From Azolla caroliniana (lineage: Eukaryota; Plantae; Polypodiophyta): DNA of 64,000 nt. Location: positions 9,548,001 through 9,612,000 of the forward strand of contig JBHGNT010000022.1 of NCBI GenBank assembly GCA_043228905.1. Reading direction: 5' to 3'. A model generated the notes under the pieces. The model searched no databases. It saw nothing but the letters and a program-made list of their open reading frames with translations, and had not been told where the DNA came from. Each line of letters starts with the position of its first letter. Position 1 is the first letter of the stretch. Shown piece after piece: positions 63,330 through 64,000 of the stretch. Made by a program: the position numbers and the translations under genes.

Positions 63330-64000
63330 AACTATTACACCACAATAGGATGCAGAGTTTTCTGTGGATCAGTAAGAAGGAACTCTGTTTCAGATCTTCA
63401 AAGAAAATGAACTGAATATTTTACCCAGAACATTTCGACGTACTAAAGCACCAACACAATATATTAATCTGGAACTTCAAATACAATATATACGTTAGCA
63501 TCAACCTAAAAATGAAAGATATACAAACCACAAATTTTTATGTCAACAATGCCAATATTACTTCAGAGAGCTTTTTATGAAGATGTGTATCCAAGGAGCA
63601 ATCTTCCACTTGCTCAAAACAATGGAGCAAAAAGAGACGCGCCACATGAACAAACTTTGACGCCTTCTGTGTCCTGGGTATGTTGAAGCATCTTACAAAA
63701 TAAAAAACACATCAAACTGCAATGATCAAAGGCTGGCAAGCACAGGTTTAAAATCTGCTCATAAGATATTTATAAACCATTTCTGTGCAGCTATTCATCT
63801 GGTCCTTTATTCACAGAGATTTCCACCCTTAGATGAAGAACCCTTGAAAGAACCTCAGTATCTTGATAACTTGAGTTCAAGCTATATGCTCCTTATAATC
63901 TGATCCAATCAGAATATTCACATATGGCTGCTTGAAGCAATGGCCATTTAATTGCTTGCCCAAAGTCATTGCTATAATATTGGTGTACAGTTAGCAGCCA
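63330..64000 (-). pseudogene. Possible degenerate exons of an unidentified gene running off the window
   Basis: Open segment 63561-63691 (CFNIPRTQKASKFVHVARLFLLHCFEQVEDCSLDTHLHKKLSE) bounded by AG/GT. The upstream segment has two in-frame stops. No family recognised. Confidence 0.3.

Overview
Eukaryotic, TE-dominated land-plant DNA. It is most consistent with a fern or other non-seed plant (inference from the PLS-class PPR style, Tcn1-like chromoviruses and abundant (GA)n/(TACA)n). Two host genes are supported: a single-exon PLS/E-class PPR gene (25571-28252, +) and a 3-exon transmembrane RING-H2 (ATL-like) E3 ligase (30145-31322, -). There is also a retroposed PPR fragment and possible degenerate exons at the right edge. 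The rest is nested mobile DNA: three copies of a non-L1 (RTEX-like) LINE family, a 5'-truncated L1 with a 13-bp TSD, and two Ty1/copia elements. The larger copia is swollen to 25 kb by a four-level nest: copia > Tcn1-like chromovirus > Sola1-like DDD DNA transposon > very young gag-only LTR element. Four observations stand out. (1) The RTEX-like LINE has ORF1 and ORF2 in one frame, separated by AAA-TAG-GGA with no ORF2 ATG, and 13 nt just after the stop are complementary to the 3'-UTR hairpin; this architecture resembles tombusvirid long-range stop-codon readthrough. (2) The DNA transposon has two divergent genes, a BAH-like C-terminus on the transposase, and a 51-bp-period array of CpG-rich palindromes inside the accessory gene's intron. 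(3) Antisense tRNA-like A/B-box modules sit at the U3 edge of about five unrelated LTR families. (4) Two chromoviruses show identical Tf1-like self-priming geometry.
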